A stretch of 64,000 bases of DNA, taken from positions 34,213-98,212 of the forward strand of contig UROI01000001.1 in the NCBI GenBank assembly GCA_900549325.1. Direction: 5' to 3'. The stretch is from an uncultured Mycoplasmatota bacterium (GTDB taxonomy: Bacteria > Bacillota_I > Bacilli_A > RF39 > UBA660). The notes beneath the pieces are model-generated. The model had not been told where the DNA came from. It saw nothing but the letters and a program-made list of their open reading frames with translations, and did not search any database. Position numbers and translations under genes: made by a program. Positions 29,119 to 39,502 of the stretch are shown one piece after another; position 1 is the stretch's first letter; each line of letters starts with the position of its first letter.

Positions 29119-31425
29119 ATGATAGGAAATTTTAATGAGGAAGCACAAACTGCACTAATGAATGCAAAAAAAGAAATGTTGGATTTAGGACATCCATATA
29201 TAGGAACAGAGCACTTACTTCTTTCTATTTTGAATACTGATAGTAATATTACTGAAAGATTAAATAGTTATGGTCTCTACTATGAAAAATTTAAAGAAGA
29301 ATTATCTAAAGTAGTAGGTACTAGTAAAAAGAAAAGTGAATATTTTTTATATACACCATTACTTAGAAAAGTGATTGAATCTGCTATTATGGATAGTAAA
29401 GATAATAATGATGGTGAGGTAACTTTAGAACACTTATTTTTTTCAATGTTAGAAGAGGGCGAGGGTATTGCTATTAGAATACTAATCGGTATGGATATTG
29501 ATGTAGAATCTATGTATGATGATTTTTCTACAAGTCTCATAAAAAAGAGTAAAAAAAATAAAAAAAAGAAATTACTTATAGATGATTTGGGAATTGATCT
29601 GACTAATGAAGCTAAAAATGGTAAATTAGATCCTGTAATCGGTAGGGAAAAAGAAGTTAGAAGAGTAATGGAAATACTTTGCAGGAGAACTAAAAATAAT
29701 CCTATTTTGATTGGTGAAGCAGGAGTAGGTAAGACTGCTATTGTAGAAGAACTATCTAGATTAATTGCTAATGAAGATGTTCCATCTGGATTAATAGGTA
29801 AAAGGGTTATTTCTTTAGATATGGCTACGATGGTTGCGGGAACTAAGTATCGTGGTGAATTTGAAGAAAGAATGAAAAAAGTACTTAAAGAAATTGAGGA
29901 TAATACAGAAATTATTTTATTTATAGATGAAATTCATACTTTAGTTGGTGCAGGAGGTGCTGAGGGAGCAATAGATGCTTCAAATATATTAAAACCTTCT
30001 TTAGCTAGAGGTAAAATTAGATGTATAGGAGCCACTACTACAGAAGAATATAAAAAATTTATTGAAAAGGATTCTGCCTTAGAAAGAAGATTTCAAAAGG
30101 TATTTGTTGATGAACCAAGTATTACTGAAACTAAAAATATTTTATTTAATATAAGAAGTATATATGAAAGATATCATAATGTTGTTATTAATGATGATAT
30201 ACTTAATAGATTAGTTGATATGTCTGAAAAATATATATTTGATAGAAATAGACCTGACAAAGAAATTGATGTATTAGATGAAGTTTGTGCTAGAGTTAGT
30301 ATGAAGGAAGTTAGTACTGATAGATTAAAGAATATTAAAAAAGAAATTAATAAGTTGAGTAAAGAAAAGAATAGTTTTATTATTGATAATGATATTGATA
30401 AAGCTTTTGATATTAGGAAGAAAGAAGCTAGGTTAATGTCAGAACTTAATGAACTAGAATTATCTTGTAATATTAAAAAGAATGAAGTTATTATTTCAGA
30501 TATTGCTTTTGTTATTGGTAATAGGGTAAAAATACCTACTGAAGATATACTTAGTAGTAATATGGATAGTATTTATGAGATGGAAAGGAAACTAAAGAGT
30601 ATTATTATCGGTCATGATAATGTTATTGATAGTCTTATGAATATTACTAAAAGAATTAAATATGGTGACAATAAATGCTACTCTATGCTGTTTGTTGGTC
30701 CATCTGGAGTAGGTAAGACCTGCTTAGCTAAAGAATATGCTAAACTTTTAGTAGGCGAAAATAATTTTATTAGACTTGATATGAGTGAATATAGTGATAG
30801 TACTTCAGTTAATAAGATACTTGGCTCTTCTCCAGGATATGTTGGATACGATGATAATAAAAACATTTTGGAAGAAATTAGAAATAAACCTAATTCAGTA
30901 TTATTGCTTGATGAAATAGATAAAGCTCATCCTTCGGTTATTAATTTATTTTATCAGATATTGGAAGAAGGCAAAATAAAAAATGCTAAAGGTGTTACAG
31001 TTAGATTTAATAATATAGTAATTATTATGACCTCAAATGTTGGATTTGAAAAGAATAGTATTGGCTTTAATAAAAATATTAATGGTATAAATGATTTAAA
31101 AAATAGTTTTTCAACGGCATTTATTAATAGAATAGATGGTATAATGACTTTTGATAGATTAAATGAGAATGATATTAGAAGGATTATTACTAACAAATTA
31201 GAATCTATTAGTAAAAAATATTCGAATATTAATATAAAATATGCTGATAATGTGGTAGATAAAATTATTAAAGAAAGTAACTTTTTTGAATTTGGGGCAA
31301 GGTGTCTTGATAAAATTATTTCTAGAGGAATAGAAAATGTTATATTGGAAGCGATTATTAATAATGTGAAGGATGTATATATTGATAAGTTAAATGAATA
31401 TGAAAAAAATATCACTAAAGCCTAG
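29119..31425 (+). CDS. clpC: ATP-dependent Clp protease ATPase subunit ClpC-like
   Basis: Clp N-domain repeats and two AAA+ modules (GEAGVGKTA; GPSGVGKT) with the intervening coiled-coil region. Confidence 0.85.
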   Translation: MIGNFNEEAQTALMNAKKEMLDLGHPYIGTEHLLLSILNTDSNITERLNSYGLYYEKFKEELSKVVGTSKKKSEYFLYTPLLRKVIESAIMDSKDNNDGEVTLEHLFFSMLEEGEGIAIRILIGMDIDVESMYDDFSTSLIKKSKKNKKKKLLIDDLGIDLTNEAKNGKLDPVIGREKEVRRVMEILCRRTKNNPILIGEAGVGKTAIVEELSRLIANEDVPSGLIGKRVISLDMATMVAGTKYRGEFEERMKKVLKEIEDNTEIILFIDEIHTLVGAGGAEGAIDASNILKPSLARGKIRCIGATTTEEYKKFIEKDSALERRFQKVFVDEPSITETKNILFNIRSIYERYHNVVINDDILNRLVDMSEKYIFDRNRPDKEIDVLDEVCARVSMKEVSTDRLKNIKKEINKLSKEKNSFIIDNDIDKAFDIRKKEARLMSELNELELSCNIKKNEVIISDIAFVIGNRVKIPTEDILSSNMDSIYEMERKLKSIIIGHDNVIDSLMNITKRIKYGDNKCYSMLFVGPSGVGKTCLAKEYAKLLVGENNFIRLDMSEYSDSTSVNKILGSSPGYVGYDDNKNILEEIRNKPNSVLLLDEIDKAHPSVINLFYQILEEGKIKNAKGVTVRFNNIVIIMTSNVGFEKNSIGFNKNINGINDLKNSFSTAFINRIDGIMTFDRLNENDIRRIITNKLESISKKYSNINIKYADNVVDKIIKESNFFEFGARCLDKIISRGIENVILEAIINNVKDVYIDKLNEYEKNITKA

Positions 31426-31438
31426 TGATATTTTTTAA

Positions 31439-32467
31439 TTATTTTATTAATCCCCATCCAGTTACTACATATCTTCCGCCTTGTTTTTTTGCTGCTGCTG
31501 GAGGATTATTATATAGTTTGCCATTTATTGATAATGATGATGATTGACCACCATCTAGATTGGCAGCATTGTAAGCCCCATATCTAGTTAAGACATCTAC
31601 CATGTCTTGAAGACTAGCTCCGTTTATATAATTTTCTCCATCTACTACTAGAAACAAGATTATACCTGATTTTGTTTGACCTATGGCTACTCTTGGTGCA
31701 TAACCCCATGGATCTCCAACTATTTCAAGTGGTTTTCCATTGACTATTAGAAATGGTCCAAATACCATAGCATCATTTATATTTGCTTTTAAGGCTTCGT
31801 TGGCAGTGGCATTGGTCATTAGTTTTAATTTTCCATCTTTGGTAAGTCCAATTATATTGTCTCTAGTTGTATCCGCAGTATCGGCTCCCCAAGTTATTTC
31901 CCCATCTTGAATAACTACGCCAATTGGTATATCCGAACCATATCCAGAGTCTTGGAAGCCTCCGCCATTAATACATACTGAACCACCATATCTTTCACAC
32001 ATGGTGATTATTCTTTCGCCTTTACCACCAACATTAAACTCTTTTGTAGAAATTAATCTTACTTTTTCAGGTTTATAGATAGCTACTAGATATCCATTAG
32101 AATTTCCTACCTTTAAATCAATTACTTTGTAGTCATCATCAGGATTTTCTCTTGTATATAATTCTTCTTCATATTTGTCTTTATATTTAGTTTTTTCTTT
32201 TGTATCTATTACTATTGCATCTGTATTGGCATCTTCTTCAAATGATACAAAGTAGTTACCTGACATTATTTTGTCTATTGTTTTTTGATTATAAAAGATA
32301 TTAGCAAAATATTGGTGATGCATAGTTTTCATTGCAGTATTTACATACATATTTCGCACTTTATCCCATGGCCCATACATCATAAAGAAACACCAAGCTG
32401 CAATTAAATCTAAAATTATAAATACAATGGTTGTTTTATATATTTTTCTTTTTTTTCTTTCTCTCAT
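31439..32467 (-). CDS. Phosphodiester glycosidase family protein (DUF2233-like), membrane-anchored
   Basis: N-terminal transmembrane segment; C-terminal region with GGGFQDSGYG, AIGQTKSGIILFLVVDG and NLDGGQSS, resembling the NAGPA-like phosphodiester glycosidase fold. Confidence 0.5.
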   Translation of the reverse strand: MRERKKRKIYKTTIVFIILDLIAAWCFFMMYGPWDKVRNMYVNTAMKTMHHQYFANIFYNQKTIDKIMSGNYFVSFEEDANTDAIVIDTKEKTKYKDKYEEELYTRENPDDDYKVIDLKVGNSNGYLVAIYKPEKVRLISTKEFNVGGKGERIITMCERYGGSVCINGGGFQDSGYGSDIPIGVVIQDGEITWGADTADTTRDNIIGLTKDGKLKLMTNATANEALKANINDAMVFGPFLIVNGKPLEIVGDPWGYAPRVAIGQTKSGIILFLVVDGENYINGASLQDMVDVLTRYGAYNAANLDGGQSSSLSINGKLYNNPPAAAKKQGGRYVVTGWGLIK

Positions 32468-33801
32468 TATTCTACCTCCAAAGGACTATCTATAGTTCCT
32501 GTACCTTTGGTAAGTTTATCTTTATCTATAGATATTACTGGTACTATTTTTAAACTTGTTGAAGATGATTTTGTATATAGTTTAAAATCATTTTGGAATA
32601 CATACATATTATTACTATTTTTCTCTATTCCAGTAGACATAAAGTAATTTGTTAGTTTATTATTTAAGATTGTGTCTCCTAGTGAAAGTATTGATACTTT
32701 AGTATCTATTGTCTCGTTAAGTACTTTAGTATAGTCATAACTTGTAGTATTACTATATAGCCCATTAGCAAATTTTGTCTCTTTAATTAAATCTTTATAA
32801 CTTAATTTGTTTAGATATGTATTATTTAAGTAGTAAGCTAATGTCTTATTTTTTGTATCATTATATTGATATCCATTGGATGAATAATTATATTTTTGTT
32901 CTTCACTGTTAATTGTTAAGTAATTATTTAGTGATAATTTTACTTCTTTTTCATTAACTTCATATATTCTCCAAATATCATTGCCAAGTTTTACATAACT
33001 TCCAAATAAACTATTTTCTCCTTCAAAAATGTATGGGTTACTTTCTGTACCATCACCACCAGTTGCTTCTATTGTTGCTTTGATTGTTATTACTGGTTTG
33101 ATTCCTATTACATCAGTACCATCACTTTTACCAAGCTTTCCATCATTATCTATATACCATGATTTATTTTCTTTATTATTATTTATTAAATAAAAGTATT
33201 CTTCATTATTCATAAAACTATCATTACCGCCAGTGTTTACATAATCATTTAATGATGGTATTGTTATGTATGTATCTTCGGTTAAATCTTTACATGATAT
33301 ACTTTTAGTATCTTCAATTACATCTTTACAAGTTTTGGTAAATGTTAAGTATTTACTCATATTATTTAAATTGCTTTCAAGTATACCTGTGTATTCTTCA
33401 TTATTTTTTTTTGTTAACCATTTACTTATATAAGAAGAATTATAATCTTTATTTTCTCCTTTAGCTAGTGATGTTATACTACTATCTGATATCATAGTAA
33501 TTGTATTATCAGTATTTATCTTCATTATTCTCCATAATAGATTTGAATATGAGACATAATTGTTTACATCAGTACCACTGAAATAGTATTCACCATTTAT
33601 TACTTTGAAATTTTCATTATCTTTATTGCTTTCTTTAATATTTTTTGCCATAGAATTTGTCTCTTCTACCTTGTTATTTTCTATGTATAATTTAATAAAT
33701 CTTCCTCCATAAAAAATAACACATGCTGATAAGAACATCAGGCTTACTAAATTAAATATTTTTTGTACATTTAACTTTCTTTTACTTCTTTCTTTATTCA
33801 C
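32467..33801 (-). CDS. Secreted or membrane-anchored Asn/Tyr-rich hypothetical protein
   Basis: 444 aa with a signal anchor; start overlaps the upstream gene stop (co-operonic). Confidence 0.4.
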   Translation of the reverse strand: MNKERSKRKLNVQKIFNLVSLMFLSACVIFYGGRFIKLYIENNKVEETNSMAKNIKESNKDNENFKVINGEYYFSGTDVNNYVSYSNLLWRIMKINTDNTITMISDSSITSLAKGENKDYNSSYISKWLTKKNNEEYTGILESNLNNMSKYLTFTKTCKDVIEDTKSISCKDLTEDTYITIPSLNDYVNTGGNDSFMNNEEYFYLINNNKENKSWYIDNDGKLGKSDGTDVIGIKPVITIKATIEATGGDGTESNPYIFEGENSLFGSYVKLGNDIWRIYEVNEKEVKLSLNNYLTINSEEQKYNYSSNGYQYNDTKNKTLAYYLNNTYLNKLSYKDLIKETKFANGLYSNTTSYDYTKVLNETIDTKVSILSLGDTILNNKLTNYFMSTGIEKNSNNMYVFQNDFKLYTKSSSTSLKIVPVISIDKDKLTKGTGTIDSPLEVE

Positions 33802-33985
33802 TTCATCATCCCTCTTTTACCATTTAATTATATCAAAACTAATATATTTTTACAATAGTTCACTCATAATATTTTTCAAGTATTGAGTACGATATTTTTC
33901 TACTTTGATGTAACAATAAAATTTTAAAATAAAAATAATTTACTTAGTATAAAATAAATGTTATAATGGTACTAGGTGAATTGTA

Positions 33986-34180
33986 ATGAATTATAATTTA
34001 GGAGATAAAGTAATTATGAAAAAAGTACATCCATGTGGTTCTAGTGAATTTGAAATAATTAGATTAGGGGCAGATATAAAGATTAAATGTACTAATTGTT
34101 CTAGAGTGATAATGCTTCCTAGAGTGGATTTTAATAAAAAAATAAAAAAGGTGGTCGAAAATGAAAAAAAAGAAGGTTAA
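33986..34180 (+). CDS. DUF951-family small zinc-ribbon protein (YyzM-like)
   Basis: 64 aa; strongly resembles B. subtilis YyzM (GDKVIMKKVHPCGSSEFEIIRLGADIKIKCTNCSRVIMLPR). Confidence 0.65.
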   Translation: MNYNLGDKVIMKKVHPCGSSEFEIIRLGADIKIKCTNCSRVIMLPRVDFNKKIKKVVENEKKEG

Positions 34181-35696
34181 GCTACATCCAGCTTTAGTAT
34201 TTTTAATTCTTACTTTAGTTGTTATGATACTTAGTAGTTTGGGTAGCATATTTAATTTAGAGGCTAGTTATTATGTAGTTAATGATGTTACAGGGGATTT
34301 GACAACACAAACTGTTAATATACATAATTTATTTAATAGAACAGGTCTACAGTATTTGATTAGCAATATGTTAAATAATTTTATTAGTTTTGCTCCTCTT
34401 GGTAATTTAATTATTGGATTACTTGGAGTTGGCGTAGGATATAAGAGTGGTTTTCTTAATTCAATGTTTAAAGTTATTGGTGAAAAGGTACCAAGAAAAG
34501 TTCTTACTTTTTTAGTTGTACTTCTTGGCGTTATCTTTTCAATGTTTTATGAAGTTGGATATGTTATATTAATTCCGCTAGCGGCAATACTATTTATGAA
34601 CTTAGGTAGACATCCATCTGCAGGTATCTGTGCTGCTTTTGCTGGTATTACTTTTGGATATGGTGGCAATGTAATTGTTAACAGACTAGATAGTATGTTA
34701 ACTACTTACTCAAATAAAGCTGCACTTATACTTGATTCTTCATATAATGTTAATTTATTTGGTAATATTATTTTTACTATAGTTAGTACAATACTTGTTG
34801 TTTATGTTGGTATGATAGTTACAGAAAGATTCATTATACCAAAACTTGGTAAATATTCTTTTGATGAAGAGGAGCCATCACAAGTTGGTGAAGTTTCTAA
34901 GAAGGAGAGAAAAGGTATTGCTATAGCACTCCTTGCTACAATGGTAGTTGGTCTTTTACTTATATATTGCATTATTAAAGGTCTTCCTTTCTCAGGACTA
35001 TTCCTAGATCTTAGTCAAAGTAAATATGTTGATATGTTATTTGGAGAAGGTTCGTATTTTTATCAAGGCTCTGTTACTATATTCTCATTCTTACTTATAT
35101 TTAGTTCATTAATATATGGAATGAGAGTAAAAACAATAAATAATAATAGAGATTTAGTTGATGGAATGAGTTATTATTTAAAGGATGTTGCTTCTTTATT
35201 AGTACTTATATTCTTTGCTTCACAATTCTGTATGATATTTAGAGAAACTAACATAGGTTTATTTATTGTTGCTTCCTTATCTGAATTACTTAATGGTATG
35301 CAGCTATCAGGACTTGCTCTTGTCGTTATTACATTCTTAATAGTAGCTTTATCAACGTTCTTTGTTCCTATGGCTTCGACTAAATGGGCTATGATTTCAC
35401 CAGTAATTGTTCCAATGTTTATGCAAAGCTCTATGACTCCTGAATTTGCTGAAGTTGTCTTTAGAGCTGGGGATTCTTGTATCAAAGGTATTACCCCAGT
35501 ATTTAGTTATTTTGTTATACTAATTGGGTTCTTACATATTTATGATAAGAGAAAGAATGATGTTATTACTATTACTGATGCTATGTCATTAATGGTACCT
35601 TATACTATTGCTTTTGTAATATTATACTTTGTTATAATGTTAGCATTCTATATTATGGGAATACCTATAGGATTTGGAACTAATGTTATGTTATAA
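34161..35696 (+). CDS. AbgT/MtrF-family-like membrane transporter
   Basis: 511 aa, polytopic, N-terminus KLHPALVFLILTLVVMILSSLGS typical of AbgT-family proteins. Confidence 0.45.
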   Translation: MKKKKVKLHPALVFLILTLVVMILSSLGSIFNLEASYYVVNDVTGDLTTQTVNIHNLFNRTGLQYLISNMLNNFISFAPLGNLIIGLLGVGVGYKSGFLNSMFKVIGEKVPRKVLTFLVVLLGVIFSMFYEVGYVILIPLAAILFMNLGRHPSAGICAAFAGITFGYGGNVIVNRLDSMLTTYSNKAALILDSSYNVNLFGNIIFTIVSTILVVYVGMIVTERFIIPKLGKYSFDEEEPSQVGEVSKKERKGIAIALLATMVVGLLLIYCIIKGLPFSGLFLDLSQSKYVDMLFGEGSYFYQGSVTIFSFLLIFSSLIYGMRVKTINNNRDLVDGMSYYLKDVASLLVLIFFASQFCMIFRETNIGLFIVASLSELLNGMQLSGLALVVITFLIVALSTFFVPMASTKWAMISPVIVPMFMQSSMTPEFAEVVFRAGDSCIKGITPVFSYFVILIGFLHIYDKRKNDVITITDAMSLMVPYTIAFVILYFVIMLAFYIMGIPIGFGTNVML

Positions 35697-35744
35697 ATAA
35701 AAAGTTGTACTTCGGTATAACTTTTTTAAATCTTATATCCTATG

Positions 35745-35830
35745 CTTATATATAATAGATATGGTTGATATATTTATTTGAGACAATACTTTGGCTCAAA
35801 TAAACACTTTAAGACCTAGGCTTAAAGTGA
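35745..35830. repeat. Intergenic repeat: ~45-bp module ATAGATATGGTTGATATATTTATTTGAGAC plus hairpins (apex ACCTAGG)
   Basis: TTTGAG ACAATACTTTGG CTCAAA and CACTTTAAG ACCTAGG CTTAAAGTG; the 5' module recurs at 63949-64000. Confidence 0.6.
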
Positions 35831-35925
35831 AACAAATAAAAAAATATTTATAATTACTTGTATAAAAATGTTTATTTTATAGTTATTTTTTGTTATAATA
35901 TTTAGGTAAGAAAGAAGTGATATAA

Positions 35926-37023
35926 ATGAGTTTAACTGCTGGTATTGTAGGCCTTCCTAATGTAGGAAAGAGTACATTATTTAATGCTATAACTAAAAAG
36001 AATATACTAGCTGCAAATTATCCATTTGCTACAATTGATCCTAATGTTGGCGTAGTTACTGTTCCAGATAAGAGAGTAGAAGTATTGGAAAATATGTATG
36101 TTCCAGAGAGAACTATTCCTACTACTTATGAATTTACAGATATTGCAGGACTGGTAAAGGGGGCTAGTACTGGTGAAGGACTTGGTAATAAGTTTTTATC
36201 ACATATAAGACAAGTAGATGCTATCGTTGAGGTTGTTAGATGTTTTGATGATGAAAATATTATTCATGTTGATGGTAGTGTTGACCCAATAAGAGATATT
36301 GAAGTTATTAATGTAGAACTAGTTCTTTCGGATTTAGAAATTATTACTACAAGAATTGGTAAAATTGGTAAAAAAGCTATGACTACTAAAAACAAGGATG
36401 ATGTTAAAGAAATAGAATTATTAGAAAAAATAAAAGATGCCTTAGAAAAGAATATTCCTGTTAGAAAACTTGGCTTAGATGATGAAGAAAAGAAAATTAT
36501 TAGTTCATTTAATTTAATTACTTTAAAACCGATTATATATGCTCTTAATGTTAGTGAAGAAGATATTGTTAATGGTAATGAGTATACAAATGGAGTATGT
36601 GAGTATGCTAAAAAAGAAGGGAGTGAAGTAGTTATTATTTCTGCGAAGATAGAGAGTGAACTTGCTGAACTTGATGATGATGAAAAAATGCTATTCTTAA
36701 ATGAACTTGGTATTACTTCAAGTGGTCTTGATAAGTTAATTGATAAAACTTATAAATTACTTGGACTTGCTACATTCTTTACTGTTGGATCTGATGAAGT
36801 TAGAGCTTGGACATTTAAAAAAGGTATGAAGGCTCCTGAATGTGCTGGTATTATTCATTCGGATTTTGAAAGAGGCTTTATTAAAGCAGAAGTTATGTCT
36901 TATGATGATTTAGTAGCTGCTGGTAGTGAACTAAAAGTTAGAGAAGCTGGTAGAGCAAGAATTGAAGGAAAAGAATATGTAATGCAGGACGGAGATATTT
37001 GTCATTTTAGATTTAATGTATAG
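35926..37023 (+). CDS. ychF: Ribosome-binding ATPase YchF
   Basis: Obg-family G-domain (GIVGLPNVGKSTLFNA) and C-terminal TGS domain. Confidence 0.9.
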   Translation: MSLTAGIVGLPNVGKSTLFNAITKKNILAANYPFATIDPNVGVVTVPDKRVEVLENMYVPERTIPTTYEFTDIAGLVKGASTGEGLGNKFLSHIRQVDAIVEVVRCFDDENIIHVDGSVDPIRDIEVINVELVLSDLEIITTRIGKIGKKAMTTKNKDDVKEIELLEKIKDALEKNIPVRKLGLDDEEKKIISSFNLITLKPIIYALNVSEEDIVNGNEYTNGVCEYAKKEGSEVVIISAKIESELAELDDDEKMLFLNELGITSSGLDKLIDKTYKLLGLATFFTVGSDEVRAWTFKKGMKAPECAGIIHSDFERGFIKAEVMSYDDLVAAGSELKVREAGRARIEGKEYVMQDGDICHFRFNV

Positions 37024-37034
37024 AAAGGGTAAAT

Positions 37035-38819
37035 ATGAAAGATAGAAAAGATATTGATAAGAAGTATACTTGGAATTTAGATGTTATTTATAGTAATACT
37101 ACAGAATTTGATAAAGACTATGACTTGGTGATAGATAAAATTAATTCTTTAAAGAAATATGAAAATACTATGATGGATAATAGTGATAATTTCTATAATT
37201 CTATTAAACTATCATTTGAAATAGAAAGATTAATTGATAAGTTATATTGTTATGCTAATTTATCTTTTGATTTAGATACTTCAAATAATGATAAACAAGA
37301 ATTATGTGAGAAAATATCTAATTTAAGAAGTAAGTATAGTCAGAGTAGTTATTTTATAGTACCTAGTATTTTAAAGAATGATTATAGTGTTATAGAAAAT
37401 TATATGAAAGAGAATCCTTTAATTAAAGATTATGAAATTTCTATTAAGGAAATATATAGATATAAAGAACATACTCTTTCTGATGCTGAAGAAAAACTTT
37501 TATCAAGCATTAGTAAAATGGTAGGAAACTCTTATGATACATATGAACTATTTAAAGATTGTGATATGTCTTTTGATAGTATTGAAGATGAGAATGGTAA
37601 GAAAGTAGAACTTAATAATAGTAATTATAGTCTATATATTGAAAGTAAGGATAGAAGAGTAAGAAAAGATACTTTTAATACTTTATATAAAGAGTATAAA
37701 AAATATACTAATACTTTTGCTTCTTTAATATCTTCAAATATGAAAGAACTATCTACGATGGCTAAGATTAATAAGTATAATAGTGCTATTGAAATGAGTT
37801 TATATGCTGATGATGTTGATATTAAAGTATATAATAATTTAATAGATAGTGTTCATAAACATATTGATTATATTTATGATTATTATAAGTTAAAGAAGGA
37901 TATTCTTAATTTAGATGATATTCATTTATATGATGTATATGTACCTATTGGTAATAGTCTTGATAAGAAATATAGTTATGAAGAAGCAAAAGAAGTTATA
38001 CTTAAGGTATTAGAAGTATTTGGAGATGAATACATAAATAAAGTAAAAGAGGCTCTTGATAATAGATGGATAGATGTATATCCCACTAAAAACAAGAGGA
38101 CTGGTGGATATTCTGGTGGTAGTTATGATACTTATCCATATATTTTACTAAATTATCAAGATAAGTATAATGATATGTCTACTTTAATTCATGAAATGGG
38201 CCACTCTATGCATAGTTATTATTCTAGAAATTATAATGATTATCAAAATAGTGAGTATAGAATATTTGTCGCTGAGGTTGCTTCTACTGTTAATGAGTTG
38301 TTACTTAGTCATTATTTACTTGAGCATAGTAGTGATGTAGAAGAGAAAAAATATATTTTAAATAATTTGATGGAATTATATAGGGCTACTATATACAGAC
38401 AGACTATGTTTGCTGAATTTGAAAGAGATATATCTAGTATTATTGATAATGATGGAGCTCTTACTGCGAATAAATTATCTAATATGTATTATGATTTGAA
38501 TAAATTTTACTTTGGTGATGGAGTAGTAGTTGATGATGAAATCAGATACGAATGGGAGAGAATACCACACTTCTACTACGACTTCTACGTATATAAGTAT
38601 GCTACAGGGTTAAGTGCTGCGACCGCTATTGTGAAGGGTATATTAGATAAGAAAGAAAATGCTGTGAAAAACTATATTGATTTTCTAAAGTGTGGTTCTA
38701 GATTATCGCCAATTAAATCTTTAAAAGTGGCTGGTGTTGATTTAACTAATAGTAGTGTTGTAGATACTGCTCTTGATGAGTTTAAAAATATACTTGATAT
38801 GTATAAAAATATGATATAA
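37035..38819 (+). CDS. pepF: Oligoendopeptidase F (M3B family)
   Basis: HEMGH zinc motif (LIHEMGHSMHSY) and M3 architecture. Confidence 0.85.
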   Translation: MKDRKDIDKKYTWNLDVIYSNTTEFDKDYDLVIDKINSLKKYENTMMDNSDNFYNSIKLSFEIERLIDKLYCYANLSFDLDTSNNDKQELCEKISNLRSKYSQSSYFIVPSILKNDYSVIENYMKENPLIKDYEISIKEIYRYKEHTLSDAEEKLLSSISKMVGNSYDTYELFKDCDMSFDSIEDENGKKVELNNSNYSLYIESKDRRVRKDTFNTLYKEYKKYTNTFASLISSNMKELSTMAKINKYNSAIEMSLYADDVDIKVYNNLIDSVHKHIDYIYDYYKLKKDILNLDDIHLYDVYVPIGNSLDKKYSYEEAKEVILKVLEVFGDEYINKVKEALDNRWIDVYPTKNKRTGGYSGGSYDTYPYILLNYQDKYNDMSTLIHEMGHSMHSYYSRNYNDYQNSEYRIFVAEVASTVNELLLSHYLLEHSSDVEEKKYILNNLMELYRATIYRQTMFAEFERDISSIIDNDGALTANKLSNMYYDLNKFYFGDGVVVDDEIRYEWERIPHFYYDFYVYKYATGLSAATAIVKGILDKKENAVKNYIDFLKCGSRLSPIKSLKVAGVDLTNSSVVDTALDEFKNILDMYKNMI

Positions 38820-38824
38820 GAAAG

Positions 38825-38852
38825 AGACAATTTAGTTGTCTCTCTTTTTGTA
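38825..38852 (+). terminator. Rho-independent terminator after pepF
   Basis: AGAGACAA tttag TTGTCTCT followed by CTTTTTG. Confidence 0.6.
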
Positions 38853-38979
38853 GTTATGACTTTTGCCTAAAACAAATTATTATGCCATTAATTTACTAGT
38901 TCTGTTTATTACTTTAAAAAAATATATAAAAACGAATGTAACCATACTATAAATTTAGTACGATGACATTCATAATTTT

Positions 38980-39387
38980 TTATTTAACACTTCTTAAATA
39001 AGTAACTAGATTGTTAGCATGATTATAGTAGGTATTACCATTACTTGCTTTTAATACTACACTATCATTATCTATTATTTGTAAGTCTATTTTTTGTACT
39101 ACATTATTATTATCATATCTTATAGTAAAAGTATCATAGCATTTATCATTACTACCTGTCCAAGGACCATTATTAGATAATTCTTTCCAGTATGTATCTA
39201 TTTTATTTAATACTTCTTTATCTAGTTTATTTTCAGTATTTTCACAATCTATATAGTATACATCGTAGTTAGTATTTAATATATCTTTAGTCCAATTGCT
39301 GCTTTGTTTATTTATTAGAATAATTATTATTACTCCTAGTAAAATGACTGCAGTTACTCCTAATACAATATAATTTTTCTTAGTCAT
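38980..39387 (-). CDS. Membrane-anchored hypothetical protein
   Basis: 135 aa with one N-terminal transmembrane helix; divergent from prfB. Confidence 0.4.
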   Translation of the reverse strand: MTKKNYIVLGVTAVILLGVIIIILINKQSSNWTKDILNTNYDVYYIDCENTENKLDKEVLNKIDTYWKELSNNGPWTGSNDKCYDTFTIRYDNNNVVQKIDLQIIDNDSVVLKASNGNTYYNHANNLVTYLRSVK

Positions 39388-39502
39388 ATATCCTCCTTAT
39401 ATTCTAAGTTAATATTATCATTAAGAAAAAATTGTGTCAATATTTTTGCGTTAGATATTTCTTTTTGTGTCAAATTAATGTATACTAATAATAGGTGATT
39501 AG

